From assembly GCA_963666365.2 (NCBI GenBank), contig CAXXNF010000002.1, positions 1,696,001 to 1,760,000 of the forward strand: DNA of 64,000 nucleotides. Direction: 5' to 3'. The translations under genes and the position numbers were made by a program. Of the stretch, positions 29,161 through 41,138 are shown piece after piece (positions within the stretch are counted from its first letter, which is position 1; the number at the start of each line of letters is the position of its first letter). Origin of the DNA: Syntrophales bacterium (GTDB taxonomy: Bacteria > Desulfobacterota > Syntrophia > Syntrophales > UBA2210). Below the pieces are notes generated by a model. It was not told the DNA's origin, searched no databases, and saw only the letters and a list, made by a program, of their open reading frames with translations.

Positions 29161-29197
29161 TTGTCGCCATAGACAATTAAAACTGTCGTATTCGACA
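29161..29197. promoter_or_regulatory. Tandem upstream activator sites
   Basis: TTGTCG-CCAT-AGACAA (29161-29176) and TGTCG-TATT-CGACA (29184-29197), centres 22 bp apart. Confidence 0.65.
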
Positions 29198-29280
29198 AAT
29201 CAATGGTACAGTACCGCCTCGTATGCTGCTTTGCTGTTCCCTCGCATCAGGCGCTGGAACAGGTTAGCGAAGGGACCTCC

Positions 29281-30816
<1,536 letters not shown>

Positions 30817-31047
30817 ACAGCCGTCCTGCCACGATCGCGGCGCCCTGTTTCTGCATCCACGATCACCTTTCATGGCTTCACCGATGAGACCACCATCACA
30901 GCTCGTCGCCGTAAGAAATAATTGACATCCCTGGATGACTCCCCTATACCTTTTAAAAAGGCGTTTCACTGCACCACTCGCAGGGATATTAGGATATTTT
31001 CTCCGATGTATCGAAACAGAGGTATTCTCACAGGACGGCCTGCTTGA

Positions 31048-33999
31048 ATGCAATACACAACCTTTAGATCCATCGAAAGAACAATTCCTCCCTGGCTGGT
31101 TGTCGCGCTGATATCGGTGTTGATCGCCGGAATACTCGCCACGGGGTGGATGGTAACGGAGGCAAACCGTCAGATGCGCAACGAGTTTCTGCAGCAGGCG
31201 CGTCTGGTCGCAAATGCGTTGAACTTTGAACGTATCCAGTCACTTACCGGCAGTAAAGACGACCTGAACAATCCCGATTACATGAGGCTTACGGAACAAC
31301 TTACCGCCATCACACGGGCCGGCAAAAAATACGTATACGTCTATCTCCTGGGACGTAACGCCAGGGGCGACGTCTTCATTTTTGCGGAAAGTGCACCCCG
31401 TGGCTCCGAGCACCCCTTGGTCCCGGGAGAGCTCTATGAAGAAACCTCCGTACAAATGCAAGCAATCTTCGATAATAAAACCCCTTTTGTCGAAGGACCG
31501 CTTCCCGACGACTGGGGGATCTGGGTTTCAGCACTGGCCCCGATAAAAGACCCAAAAACCGGCACAGTGGTCGCAGTGCTGGGTGTGGACATCGACGCCA
31601 AGGACTGGAAGTGGGCCTTGGCAACCCAGGCTGCCCTTCCCGTCGGAATGACGGGGGCAATGTTGATTCTGCTTGTTATGGGTCTGTTTATGGCCCGATC
31701 GCGGGCAGGCTTGCGGGAGAGTGAAGAAAAGTTTCGTGCCTTGGCCGACTCGATACCCACTGCGGTGCTGCTCTATCAGGATAATCGCTATCTCTACGCA
31801 AACAGGGCAGCCGAGGAAATATCCGGCTATGCCTATGAAGAGATTCTCGGCATGAACTTCTGGGACTTCGTCCATCCCGATTATCAGGTCCTTGCCAGGG
31901 AACAGGGCAGAAAACGCCGACGCGACGAGGGAACACCGATACGCTATGAGCTCAAACTAGTCACAAAAAGAGGGGTGGTGCGATGGGCGGACATCTCGGA
32001 AGCAACCATACTGGTCGAGGGGAACCCCGCCGGAATCGTATCGGTAACCGATATTACCGAGCGCAGGCAGGCCGAGGAGGAATTGCGTGAAAGCAGGGAA
32101 CTTTATGCACGACTGACCGACACCATTCCCGATGTGATTATCCGCACCGACCTCGAAGGGAACATCACCTTCGTTAACGATCACGCCATTGACATAAGCG
32201 GCTACAGCCGTGACGAACTGGAAGGCCGGAACGTTCTCAATTTTGTGGTTCACGAAGATCGGGACCGACTGACGCAGAATGAAAAGCGGATGATGAAGAG
32301 GAGGCTTGGACCGACACAATACCGGCTCATAATGAAAGACGGAAGAACCGTGCCCTTCGAAGTGAACGGGGACGTGCTGCACGACAAGGAGGGCACGCCC
32401 TGCGGCACCGTCCATGTGTTGCGCGATATCACCGCCCGCAAAAAGTCCGAGGAGATGCTGCGTCAATCGGAGGAAAAATTTTCCAAAATCTTCATGCTCT
32501 CGCCGGACTGCATCGCCATCACACGGCTTACGGACGGGATGATACTCGATGTAAACCATGGCTTCGAAGAAATTACGGGATGGAAAAGAGAAGCCGTGAT
32601 AGGGGAAACCTCCTTTGACATACTATTTTGGATCGGAAGTGCTGACAGAGATTTCATGGTTAATGAACTTACGTCCGGCCGAGAGGTGCTGCACCGAGAA
32701 TTTCAGTTTCAGCGAAAGGACGGAGCGTTGCGAAGGGGCACCTATTCCGCCCGATCTATTCACATCGCAGGTGATGCCTGTCTTCTTTTCAGCATGCGCG
32801 ATATTACCGAATGGAGACAACTGCAGGAGGATCGTCAGAAACTGGAGCAACAGTTGTCACAGGCCCAGAAGATGGAGGCAATCGGAACACTGGCCGGCGG
32901 TATTGCCCACGACTTCAACAACATCCTGAGCGCGATCATGGGGTATGCGGAACTGTGCCTGCACATGGCCGACGACAGGGCGAAAGTCCGCACCTTCATG
33001 GAACAGACGCTCAAGGCCGCCGAACGTGCGAAGGACCTGGTGCAACAGATTCTGACGTTCAGCCGCAAGGTCGAACATGAAAAACGGCCCATCCTTCTTA
33101 CTCCTATCATAAAGGAAATCGTGAAGTTCATGAGGGCCTCCCTGCCAACGACGATCGAAATCAGGCAGACGATCGATGGGGAAGCGGACGCCATTATGGC
33201 CGATCCCATACACATGCATCAGGTATTGATGAACCTCTGCACCAATGCCGGCCATGCCATGAATGAGAGCGGGGGAGTGCTGGAAATAGGGTTGAAAGAA
33301 GTGGCGATGAATGGGAAAAACAGTTTCCTTCATACCCCCCCGAAAGCCGAACGGTATCTTGAATTATCCGTGCGGGACGATGGGCATGGGATCAGTCGGG
33401 AAAATCTCGAACGTATTTTTGATCCCTACTTTACCACCAAGCGGCAGGGAGAAGGAACGGGGCTGGGTCTGGCAGTGGTTCATGGCATTGTGACGGATCA
33501 TGGTGGAGAGATCAAGGTCTACAGCGAGGAGGGCATCGGAACCACTTGCCTGATCTATCTGCCGCTGATTGAAAGGCAGGCGGAACATCAAACGGAAATA
33601 CCCGCAGCCGTCCCCGGGGGAAAGGGCGAAACAGTTTTGCTGATTGACGATGAACAGATGCTTGTCAATATTAACAAGGAACTGCTCGAAGAAATGGGAT
33701 ACCAGGTGGTTGCGGAAACGGACCCCGTTCAGGCGGTTCAGCTCTTCAAGACACAGAGCGATCGCTTCGACATTATAATAACCGACAAAACGATGCCCCG
33801 CATGACGGGCTTCGAGGTAGTGCGGCAGATCAGAGAGACGCACCCCGATATCCCTGTGGTACTCTGCTCCGGATACCAATCCAGGGAGGACATGGATAAC
33901 GTGACACTGCTGAGCATCAGCCAGTTGATTGCAAAGCCGATAAGGATGAACGCGCTGGCTGCAGCCATCCGCGCTGCGCTTGATACCAAAAACACTTGA
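31048..33999 (+). CDS. Hybrid sensor histidine kinase (periplasmic sensor, 3 PAS, HisKA, HATPase, receiver)
   Basis: Two TM segments, three DIT-terminated PAS domains, AHDFNN, GTGLGL, C-terminal IDDE...TD..MP...KP. Confidence 0.94.
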   Translation: MQYTTFRSIERTIPPWLVVALISVLIAGILATGWMVTEANRQMRNEFLQQARLVANALNFERIQSLTGSKDDLNNPDYMRLTEQLTAITRAGKKYVYVYLLGRNARGDVFIFAESAPRGSEHPLVPGELYEETSVQMQAIFDNKTPFVEGPLPDDWGIWVSALAPIKDPKTGTVVAVLGVDIDAKDWKWALATQAALPVGMTGAMLILLVMGLFMARSRAGLRESEEKFRALADSIPTAVLLYQDNRYLYANRAAEEISGYAYEEILGMNFWDFVHPDYQVLAREQGRKRRRDEGTPIRYELKLVTKRGVVRWADISEATILVEGNPAGIVSVTDITERRQAEEELRESRELYARLTDTIPDVIIRTDLEGNITFVNDHAIDISGYSRDELEGRNVLNFVVHEDRDRLTQNEKRMMKRRLGPTQYRLIMKDGRTVPFEVNGDVLHDKEGTPCGTVHVLRDITARKKSEEMLRQSEEKFSKIFMLSPDCIAITRLTDGMILDVNHGFEEITGWKREAVIGETSFDILFWIGSADRDFMVNELTSGREVLHREFQFQRKDGALRRGTYSARSIHIAGDACLLFSMRDITEWRQLQEDRQKLEQQLSQAQKMEAIGTLAGGIAHDFNNILSAIMGYAELCLHMADDRAKVRTFMEQTLKAAERAKDLVQQILTFSRKVEHEKRPILLTPIIKEIVKFMRASLPTTIEIRQTIDGEADAIMADPIHMHQVLMNLCTNAGHAMNESGGVLEIGLKEVAMNGKNSFLHTPPKAERYLELSVRDDGHGISRENLERIFDPYFTTKRQGEGTGLGLAVVHGIVTDHGGEIKVYSEEGIGTTCLIYLPLIERQAEHQTEIPAAVPGGKGETVLLIDDEQMLVNINKELLEEMGYQVVAETDPVQAVQLFKTQSDRFDIIITDKTMPRMTGFEVVRQIRETHPDIPVVLCSGYQSREDMDNVTLLSISQLIAKPIRMNALAAAIRAALDTKNT

Positions 34000-34079
34000 A
34001 GAGCATCTGAGCGTAACAGCACGACCTGCCATTTCAGATTCCCGCATTCTTCATACCGGGCGGTGAAATGCTCCGCCAG

Positions 34080-35213
34080 TCATAAACCGCACCATTGTTT
34101 CGCAATCTCCAAGTATAACTCACAAGCCTCATGAATTTTGGATATATAACAGAACTCGTCGACGGCATGAGCCATAGCCATTTCACCAGGCCCGAGTATC
34201 AGCGAGGGCGGTCCGTTGTACGCCGGTACAAGGATCGATGCATCGGTAAACCCTGAAAGGGCGCGAACCGGAGGACGCATGCCAAGGCATGTCTCTGCAA
34301 GATCAAAGACCTCTTCGACCCATGGATTTTGTGGATCAGTAATAACCCCTTCTATATCGAGAATTGAAGCAAGAATCACCTCCTCACCAAGTTCCATCTG
34401 CAATTTTTCGATAATTTCCCCATTGCTCAAACCAGGAATTGTTCGGATGTCAATGCCCACCACCGCGTTGTCGGGAACGGAATTGAAGTTCTGTCCCCCC
34501 CGTATTGTTCCCACATTGATCGTCACCTTTCCCAGGTATTGGTGCGGGGCAATCTTGAAATCATACTCGCGCAGCTTTGTCACCATGTCTGCTGCCTTAT
34601 ATATGGCGTTGACCCCCCGTTCCGGCGTCGACCCGTGAGCCGTCATTCCCGCAACCATCGCCTCCAGCCACAGTGTCGCCTTGTTACCGATGCGTGGCTC
34701 GTTTGAAGTGGGCTCTCCTATTATCAGTGCCCCCGCGGTACCAAGCACACCTTCAAGAGAGGCAAGGTAATGTGCTCCCTGACAACCGGTCTCCTCGCCG
34801 GCCGTAATCACCAAAGCGATACCGGCATCACCCCTGGGCGCGCGCGCAATGCGGACCGCCGAGGCAATCATTGCGGCGACGCCTCCTTTCATGTCGGAAG
34901 CCCCTCGTCCGTAAAGTCTGTCTCCATCGATCTCTCCACCAAAAGGATTCGTCTTCCAGGGAAGTGATCCGAGAGGTACCGTATCCAAATGGCCGGAAAA
35001 ACAGATCGGCGGAGCGTTCCCTTTCCCCTCCAGATGGGCGACCAAACTGGTTCTCCGCTCATCAAAATCGTAAAGGCCCGTCTTGAATCCATGCTGTTCA
35101 AGCAATTCAGCCAAAAACCGCGCACTATCCCGCTCGAAACCCGGAGGATTGATTGTGTTGAATGACACAAGTTTTTTCGTCAATTCGATGGGATCTACGT
35201 CCTGTTGTCTCAT
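34080..35213 (-). CDS. M20 family metallo-amidohydrolase (ArgE/DapE-like)
   Basis: GHLDTVP, GRGASDMKGG, GEE, GEPT, AH..DE. Confidence 0.92.
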   Translation of the reverse strand: MRQQDVDPIELTKKLVSFNTINPPGFERDSARFLAELLEQHGFKTGLYDFDERRTSLVAHLEGKGNAPPICFSGHLDTVPLGSLPWKTNPFGGEIDGDRLYGRGASDMKGGVAAMIASAVRIARAPRGDAGIALVITAGEETGCQGAHYLASLEGVLGTAGALIIGEPTSNEPRIGNKATLWLEAMVAGMTAHGSTPERGVNAIYKAADMVTKLREYDFKIAPHQYLGKVTINVGTIRGGQNFNSVPDNAVVGIDIRTIPGLSNGEIIEKLQMELGEEVILASILDIEGVITDPQNPWVEEVFDLAETCLGMRPPVRALSGFTDASILVPAYNGPPSLILGPGEMAMAHAVDEFCYISKIHEACELYLEIAKQWCGL

Positions 35214-35391
35214 GTCCGTTATATTCCTTTCCTTTGAATTTGTGTATGGGAAACTCTTTTTTCAATAGACTCAATCGGAGCATAAAATATGCCGCCTTAC
35301 GTTACATTAAAAAAATATGTACTTCCCAATTGTTTAAATTGAGGGGTTTCGTAAGGCTATCCGGCCGAACAGTCCGTTTCTAGAGCGGCGA

Positions 35392-35409
35392 CTGTGCCAT
35401 TATGAAACA
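35392..35409. promoter_or_regulatory. Putative activator binding site, identical to 40243-40260
   Basis: CTGTGCCATTATGAAACA, about 75-90 bp upstream of a sigma54 -24 element. Confidence 0.65.
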
Positions 35410-35483
35410 ACATATCCACCAACCAAGCAAAGGACGATCCAAATTATTTATAAAAATAGCAAATTATTACATGATTCTTGTTG

Positions 35484-35499
35484 TGGCACAATTGATGCA
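35484..35499 (+). promoter_or_regulatory. sigma54 promoter of the CoA-transferase gene
   Basis: TGGCACAATTGATGCA (GG-N10-GC). Confidence 0.8.
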
Positions 35500-35628
35500 A
35501 AAATCAGCAACAACCCGTTCAGGAGGCATTGCATCCCTTTTAGTGCAGACCATACAGCAAAGGAGCGATGCCATAGCCGGACAGGAAGGGGGCGTAACTA
35601 TAACCTGTTTTATTCAAGGAGGGATACG

Positions 35629-36963
35629 ATGATTGAAACAAAACCGGGACCATTAAAAAATGTTACGGTATTAGATTTCACATGGGTATTGGCGGGACCG
35701 CATGCGGCAAAGGCACTGACGGATTTAGGCGCCAATGTCATAAAGGTTGAGATGTACAAAAACGGCGCCGCTGAAAGATCCTTTCCCTATAGGGTCACCA
35801 AAAATGAAGTCATGCAAAGTTCATACAGCATAAATAACAACAGAGGGAAAAAAAGTGTGTGCATTAATATTAAAACACCCAGAGGACAGAAAGTTATTCA
35901 CGATCTTATACGCAAGAGTGATGTGCTGCTCGAAAATTTTGCCCCGGGTGTTATGGAGCGGCTTAAGCTGGACTATGAATCCGTAAGAAAAGTAAAGGAA
36001 GATATAGTCTATTGTTCGATCTCATGCTTCGGTCATTGGGGTCCATACAGCCATAAGCCGGGATATGATATAATTGCGCAAGCCGCGAGCGGCTGGATAG
36101 ATCAGATGGACCCCTCTTCTCAGGCGCCGGTTTCAATCGGTGACATGAACGCCTCAATGCACGCAACTACCGCTATTTTAGCCGCACTTATTCACCATAA
36201 AGAAACGGGTGAAGGCCAAAATATAGATATTTCAATGATGGATTGTTTGTTTTGCCTCCATGAGAACACACTTCCCTGGTATCTTATTTCAAGTGCCGTC
36301 AATGAACCGATACAACCGCCCAGGGTAGGCAAGCATCATCCCGGCTATGCTCCCTACGGAGTATACAAAGGAAAAAACGGAAATATCGCCATCGCATTAC
36401 TCACCGATCTTCGCTGGCAGGCCCTTCTTAATGTTCTGGGCAGTTATGGGACACACCTGAGAACAGATCCCAGAGTGGCAACCGTCAGCATCCGCTGCAC
36501 CACGGAAAATTGTCATATCGTACATGATGCACTGGAAAAATGGGTCATGGCACAGGACTCTGTTGAGAAGGCCGAAAGCCTTCTCGAAGAAGCAGGCATC
36601 CCCTGCCTGCGCGTAAGAGGAATCGTGGAACTCGCCGATGAAGATCCTCAGGTAAAAGCCAGGGGAATGATGCTGACAGTCCCTCAACCCTTTATCGGTC
36701 CCATGAAGATGTACGGAAGTCCGATGAAATTATCGCACACACCCTCCGGCATCAGAGGGTATGCACCTTTCCTGGGCGAACACAATTATTCAGTATTACA
36801 GGATCTTCTGGAATACTCTCCCGAAGAAATCAACAAACTTTACCAGGAAGACATCTTGCATCACGAACGTGCGGTGGAACAGCTTGAGGAGAAATCGGCA
36901 CATAAACCCCACACTGCGCAAACTGCCTCCTCTCAAGCAACTGTTGAGAAAGCATCATTATAA
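35629..36963 (+). CDS. Family III (CaiB/BaiF) CoA-transferase
   Basis: VLDFTWVLAGP, LGANVIKVE, NRGKKS, ENFAPG, GYD, catalytic Asp in SIGDM, APFLGEH. Confidence 0.93.
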   Translation: MIETKPGPLKNVTVLDFTWVLAGPHAAKALTDLGANVIKVEMYKNGAAERSFPYRVTKNEVMQSSYSINNNRGKKSVCINIKTPRGQKVIHDLIRKSDVLLENFAPGVMERLKLDYESVRKVKEDIVYCSISCFGHWGPYSHKPGYDIIAQAASGWIDQMDPSSQAPVSIGDMNASMHATTAILAALIHHKETGEGQNIDISMMDCLFCLHENTLPWYLISSAVNEPIQPPRVGKHHPGYAPYGVYKGKNGNIAIALLTDLRWQALLNVLGSYGTHLRTDPRVATVSIRCTTENCHIVHDALEKWVMAQDSVEKAESLLEEAGIPCLRVRGIVELADEDPQVKARGMMLTVPQPFIGPMKMYGSPMKLSHTPSGIRGYAPFLGEHNYSVLQDLLEYSPEEINKLYQEDILHHERAVEQLEEKSAHKPHTAQTASSQATVEKASL

Positions 36964-37016
36964 GGGCTTTTCAACAAAGTGGTGTTTCATCTCAGATAGG
37001 GGGTAAAAATAAAAGG

Positions 37017-38981
37017 TCATTGAATTCCATATTTGCGAAGTTTGCGGTAGAGGGTGCTTCTCCCGATATGGAGTTTCGTGGCAACGGCCTCTTTGGACAG
37101 CTTTGATTTCATCATGTTGAGGATTATACGCCGTTCCATCTCATCCAGGGACATGTCCTCTTTGCCATAATGCCACTTATCCGGATCAGGATTCCGCATT
37201 TCCGCAGGAACATGATCGATTGTCAGTGTATCTGTTTCAGCCATATTAATCATACGTTCAATGATATTCTGCAATTCTCGCACATTTCCCGGCCAGGAAT
37301 GATGCATAAATGCCTCAAGCACCCTGTCTTCCACTTGCTGTATTTCCTTGTGCATGATGTTTCCTATTTTTCTAATGAAATGATTTACCAGATGAGGGAT
37401 ATCGTCGATTCTCTCACGGAGGGGAATTAGTTCAATGGAAAGAACATTGAGACGGTAATAGAGGTCTTCGCGAAAATTCTTTTTTTCAACCTCCTCTTTG
37501 AGGTTTTTGTTCGTTGCGGCGATAATTCTAACGTCGATGGGCCTCAGCTCTTTACTCCCAATCCGGGTTATTGCCTTTTCTTCTATGACACGCAGGAGAA
37601 TCGCCTGCAACTCCAGTGGAATCTCACCTATTTCATCAAGAAATATCGTGCCTCCGTGAGACAGTTCAAATTTACCGGCATTCCCGCCTCTCTTTGATCC
37701 TGTAAATGCCCCGTCGCCGTAACCTATTAATTCGCTCACCAAAAGTTCCCTGGGTATGGCTGCACAGTTTATGGCAATAAAGGGTCCGTGTTCCCTCATA
37801 CTTTCGTTATGGATTGCCTGTGCGAGTATGTCTTTTCCCGTGCCGCTTTCTCCGAGCAGCAGAACGTTCGAGATACTTCGCGCCGCATGTCGTGCCATAG
37901 TAATTGATTCGCACACACGAGCATTGCAGGTAATAATATCATTAAACCTGAATTTCGCACGGGCGCCCGTCATTGATGCTACAAGTTTTCGCGCCCTGTT
38001 AATTTCATTGAGAGTGACTATCTTACCCAAAACTTCCCTCGATGCGGAAAGAATGGGATTGGCGGATACAGTAAAACTTAACGATTTGTCTTCCACAAAG
38101 ATTTTTAACTCCGCATCTGAAATCATTTCATTGTGCACCAGAACGTGAAGGAAGTTTCCGTTGGCGCCGCCGAATATATCGTTTGCATGCTTTCCTACGA
38201 TATCGGGCCACAGGTGCAACATTCTCTTTGCCTTATCATTAATCAGCTCTACTCGATTCTCCTTATTAAAAGCTATCAGTGCCTCCGGCACCGATTCAAT
38301 CACCGTTTTCTGAAAGTAATAAGAAACCTGGCTAAGCGATAACGCCCTTTCGGCCACGAGTGCATTTTCGATTGCATGAGCCGTCGCAGCGACCATTCCC
38401 AAGGTATGAGGATTGGTTTTGTTATAGGGCCCCGTCATATCGACCACCCCGATCATTACTCCGTCGGGATCGCGGATTGGAGCGCCCGAGCAGGTCCAAT
38501 GATGAGACACAAGACTGTAATGCTCAGATGCAAAAACCTGGATTGGTTTTTTTATTTCAAGCACTGTTCCCACGCCATTCGTGCCCGATACGTCTTCGTG
38601 CCAGCAGGCGCCGGGAATAAAATTTCCTTTTCTTATGCGATCAGTCACATCGGAATCTCCTATTATTTTGAGGAGATATCCCTCATGATCGCATAATGCC
38701 ACCACAAATCCCGATCCCCTGACAAGGGAGTAGAGTTTATTTATGTAGGGGATGCTTATATTTATCCACTCTTCGTTTCTGCACAATCGCCACTGCAGTT
38801 GACCCTCGGTGAGAACCACGGGAATTTTTTTCAGATAGGGATTGACTTTTTTCTGTTTCGACCGTACCCACGAACTCAAAATATCATCTGGAATTATATC
38901 GGGATTGTCGATAATGTCGTCATTAATGAACTTTCTCCATTGGTGCTGTATATCACTGTAACGCTGTTCATTTGTGATCAT
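37017..38981 (-). CDS. sigma54-dependent activator, AcoR-like (GAF, PAS, AAA+, HTH)
   Basis: SSWVRS, GTNGVGT, WTCSGAPI, GESGTGKD, GAFTGS, WPGNVREL, RSTLYRKL. Start 38981 or 38990. Confidence 0.93.
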   Translation of the reverse strand: MITNEQRYSDIQHQWRKFINDDIIDNPDIIPDDILSSWVRSKQKKVNPYLKKIPVVLTEGQLQWRLCRNEEWINISIPYINKLYSLVRGSGFVVALCDHEGYLLKIIGDSDVTDRIRKGNFIPGACWHEDVSGTNGVGTVLEIKKPIQVFASEHYSLVSHHWTCSGAPIRDPDGVMIGVVDMTGPYNKTNPHTLGMVAATAHAIENALVAERALSLSQVSYYFQKTVIESVPEALIAFNKENRVELINDKAKRMLHLWPDIVGKHANDIFGGANGNFLHVLVHNEMISDAELKIFVEDKSLSFTVSANPILSASREVLGKIVTLNEINRARKLVASMTGARAKFRFNDIITCNARVCESITMARHAARSISNVLLLGESGTGKDILAQAIHNESMREHGPFIAINCAAIPRELLVSELIGYGDGAFTGSKRGGNAGKFELSHGGTIFLDEIGEIPLELQAILLRVIEEKAITRIGSKELRPIDVRIIAATNKNLKEEVEKKNFREDLYYRLNVLSIELIPLRERIDDIPHLVNHFIRKIGNIMHKEIQQVEDRVLEAFMHHSWPGNVRELQNIIERMINMAETDTLTIDHVPAEMRNPDPDKWHYGKEDMSLDEMERRIILNMMKSKLSKEAVATKLHIGRSTLYRKLRKYGIQ

Positions 38982-39479
38982 GGTGCACACTCATTTGCTT
39001 GGCAAATCCGTAAACTTTATTCAGAATTACACCGAAACAGACTTGTTGTTACCTGCACCAAAGAACATGGAAAGGGAATGATATCCAGCGTTCACGACAA
39101 GAAAAGGCGCATTCCGTAACCCGGCACATACAGACCTCACTGTAGGAAAGGTCACTCTCTAATGGCGAAACCTCCTACTGTAACACCTCACATTTTAGAC
39201 ACATAAACATTAGGCTGTCATACATCTATGACACTAAGACACGAACGGCCGGCGCACATGGAAGGGCACACAGCTAGCCAAAAGGATAGAAACACCCGCC
39301 CGCTGAAAGACATTTTCGACTGAGAATTATTCGTTACCCCCCCTGATTGGTAGAGCGATTATCACACAAGCAGCAATTATGCAATCATAATTATTTAACA
39401 GCTGTGAGCAAAGCTGATTGAGATACATGTGCCTCGTTACACGGCTCATTTCATATGTCTATTAAGTGGAAATCTCCTA

Positions 39480-39495
39480 TGGCACAATAGTTGCT
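39480..39495 (+). promoter_or_regulatory. sigma54 promoter of the first C-GCAxxG-C-C gene
   Basis: TGGCACAATAGTTGCT, near-consensus. Confidence 0.85.
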
Positions 39496-39563
39496 ATTTA
39501 TATGGCAATAGTGACTTTTTCCGTATGAATGGTTGTTGAAATCTTCTATTGAGGAATGGCGAT

Positions 39564-40079
39564 ATGATCAAAAATAATGGCACTGCAAATCCGTTTGACA
39601 GAGGATTCTTCTACGAAAAAACATATCACGGCTGCGCACAGTGCGTCATTGGAGCCCTTTATGAAATATTTCCCGACTTGAAAAATGAAGATATATTCCG
39701 TTCGGCAAGCGGTCTTGCGGCAGGTACGGGATTGAGCACCAGGGGACAATGTGGTGGGCTGACAGGCGCCGTAATGGTACTCAGTCAGATATGGGGACGG
39801 GAGCTTGCAGAAATTGAGGATCCCGAGGGCAAACGCTTTGTCGCCTACCGGATTGCCGAGAAGATGGTTGAATATTTTATGAATGAATTTGGAACAACTA
39901 TTTGTGGTGAAATCCAAAAAAAGCTCATGGGAAGAACGTTTTATCTTATGGAACCGGAGCAGTTTCAGGCCTTTGAAGCTGCCGGAGGACACGACACAAT
40001 CTGCCCTTCCGTGGTGGGAAAAGCAACGGCCTGGGCAGCGGATCTCATTGCAAAGGATCGAAATACCTCCCGCGAATAA
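39564..40079 (+). CDS. C-GCAxxG-C-C family putative redox protein
   Basis: GCAQC, GLAAG.G...QCGGLTG, FGTTIC, terminal CP.VV. Confidence 0.85.
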   Translation: MIKNNGTANPFDRGFFYEKTYHGCAQCVIGALYEIFPDLKNEDIFRSASGLAAGTGLSTRGQCGGLTGAVMVLSQIWGRELAEIEDPEGKRFVAYRIAEKMVEYFMNEFGTTICGEIQKKLMGRTFYLMEPEQFQAFEAAGGHDTICPSVVGKATAWAADLIAKDRNTSRE

Positions 40080-40222
40080 TTGCGTTTACTACGCACACGT
40101 AACTCCTAGACCGCATCACGAATGTTTTATCCGGGAGAACTATCCCGACATCGGCATGCATATCATCCCTTTTCAGAAATTTCGTTTTTCAATGATCTCA
40201 GGAAACGATCAGGTCCGTCAAA

Positions 40223-40260
40223 TATCTCATAATGGCACAGGCCTGTGCCATTATGAAACA
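40223..40260. promoter_or_regulatory. Paired activator sites forming a 30-bp perfect palindrome
   Basis: TCATAATGGCACAGGCCTGTGCCATTATGA (40227-40256). Confidence 0.7.
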
Positions 40261-40495
40261 GACAACCATCACGTTCTTTCGCAGGAATAATGTCCAAGAG
40301 GTCCGTGGCGCTATCCCGGATGGATGTTTAAAAGACCCTGATTTGATGTATCGGCTAGCCTTTTTTCCCCGCCATCACTGCTTCATATCATTGCTCGTCG
40401 TTATTCCCACAGCCTGCCCGGCCGGACGCCCAACCGACTTCCTGACATCTGTTACGCACCATCGTCTTCGCAGATAACAACCCTCGATAAAACAC

Positions 40496-40511
40496 TGGTA
40501 CGCTATTTGCC
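40496..40511 (+). promoter_or_regulatory. sigma54 promoter of the TRAP operon
   Basis: TGGTACGCTATTTGCC (GG-N10-GC). Confidence 0.75.
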
Positions 40512-40634
40512 TGTCTTCACACTGGGAACCGAACGCTGTTCATAAACAGCGTCAATTCGAGCGACACATTTTCTTGCGTTACCCATGCCCGCATGGTGGT
40601 CATTTGATGCCGCTGGAAAGGGAGAGGTAATACC

Positions 40635-41138
40635 ATGGCAATGATTTTCAAGTCTATCGAGAATCTCAGCGAATGGTCGGGAAGGATCTGTTCCTGGCTT
40701 GTCTACATCGGGATATTCATGCTCTCATTTGAAGTTGTATCCCGGTATGTCTTCAACGCCCCCACCGTATGGGCCCACGGATACACACAACGCTTTTTCG
40801 GCAGCTATTACGTCCTTGTCGGCGCCTACGCCTTTATCCATGATGGGCATGTGCGGATCGATGTACTGTACAGCCGCTTTTCGGAAAAGGCTCGGGCGGC
40901 GCTGGATTGCATCAATTGCCTCTTCCTTATAGTTTGGGGGGTTCTGGTCATGAAGGCGGGATGGACGTTTTTCATGCGTTCTTTCAATATCAGAGAGGTT
41001 GATGAGATGGTGCTGTCACATCCGATATATCCCGTCAAATTTCTCCTTGTCGTCGGTATGGGTCTCATTGTGCTCCAGGGCATAAGCACTCTCATTTTAA
41101 AAATACACTTTCTTATAAACGGAAAGGAACCAATATGA
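40635..41138 (+). CDS. dctQ: TRAP transporter small permease
   Basis: 4 TM segments; EVVSRYVFNAPT.W; HVRID. Confidence 0.92.
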   Translation: MAMIFKSIENLSEWSGRICSWLVYIGIFMLSFEVVSRYVFNAPTVWAHGYTQRFFGSYYVLVGAYAFIHDGHVRIDVLYSRFSEKARAALDCINCLFLIVWGVLVMKAGWTFFMRSFNIREVDEMVLSHPIYPVKFLLVVGMGLIVLQGISTLILKIHFLINGKEPI

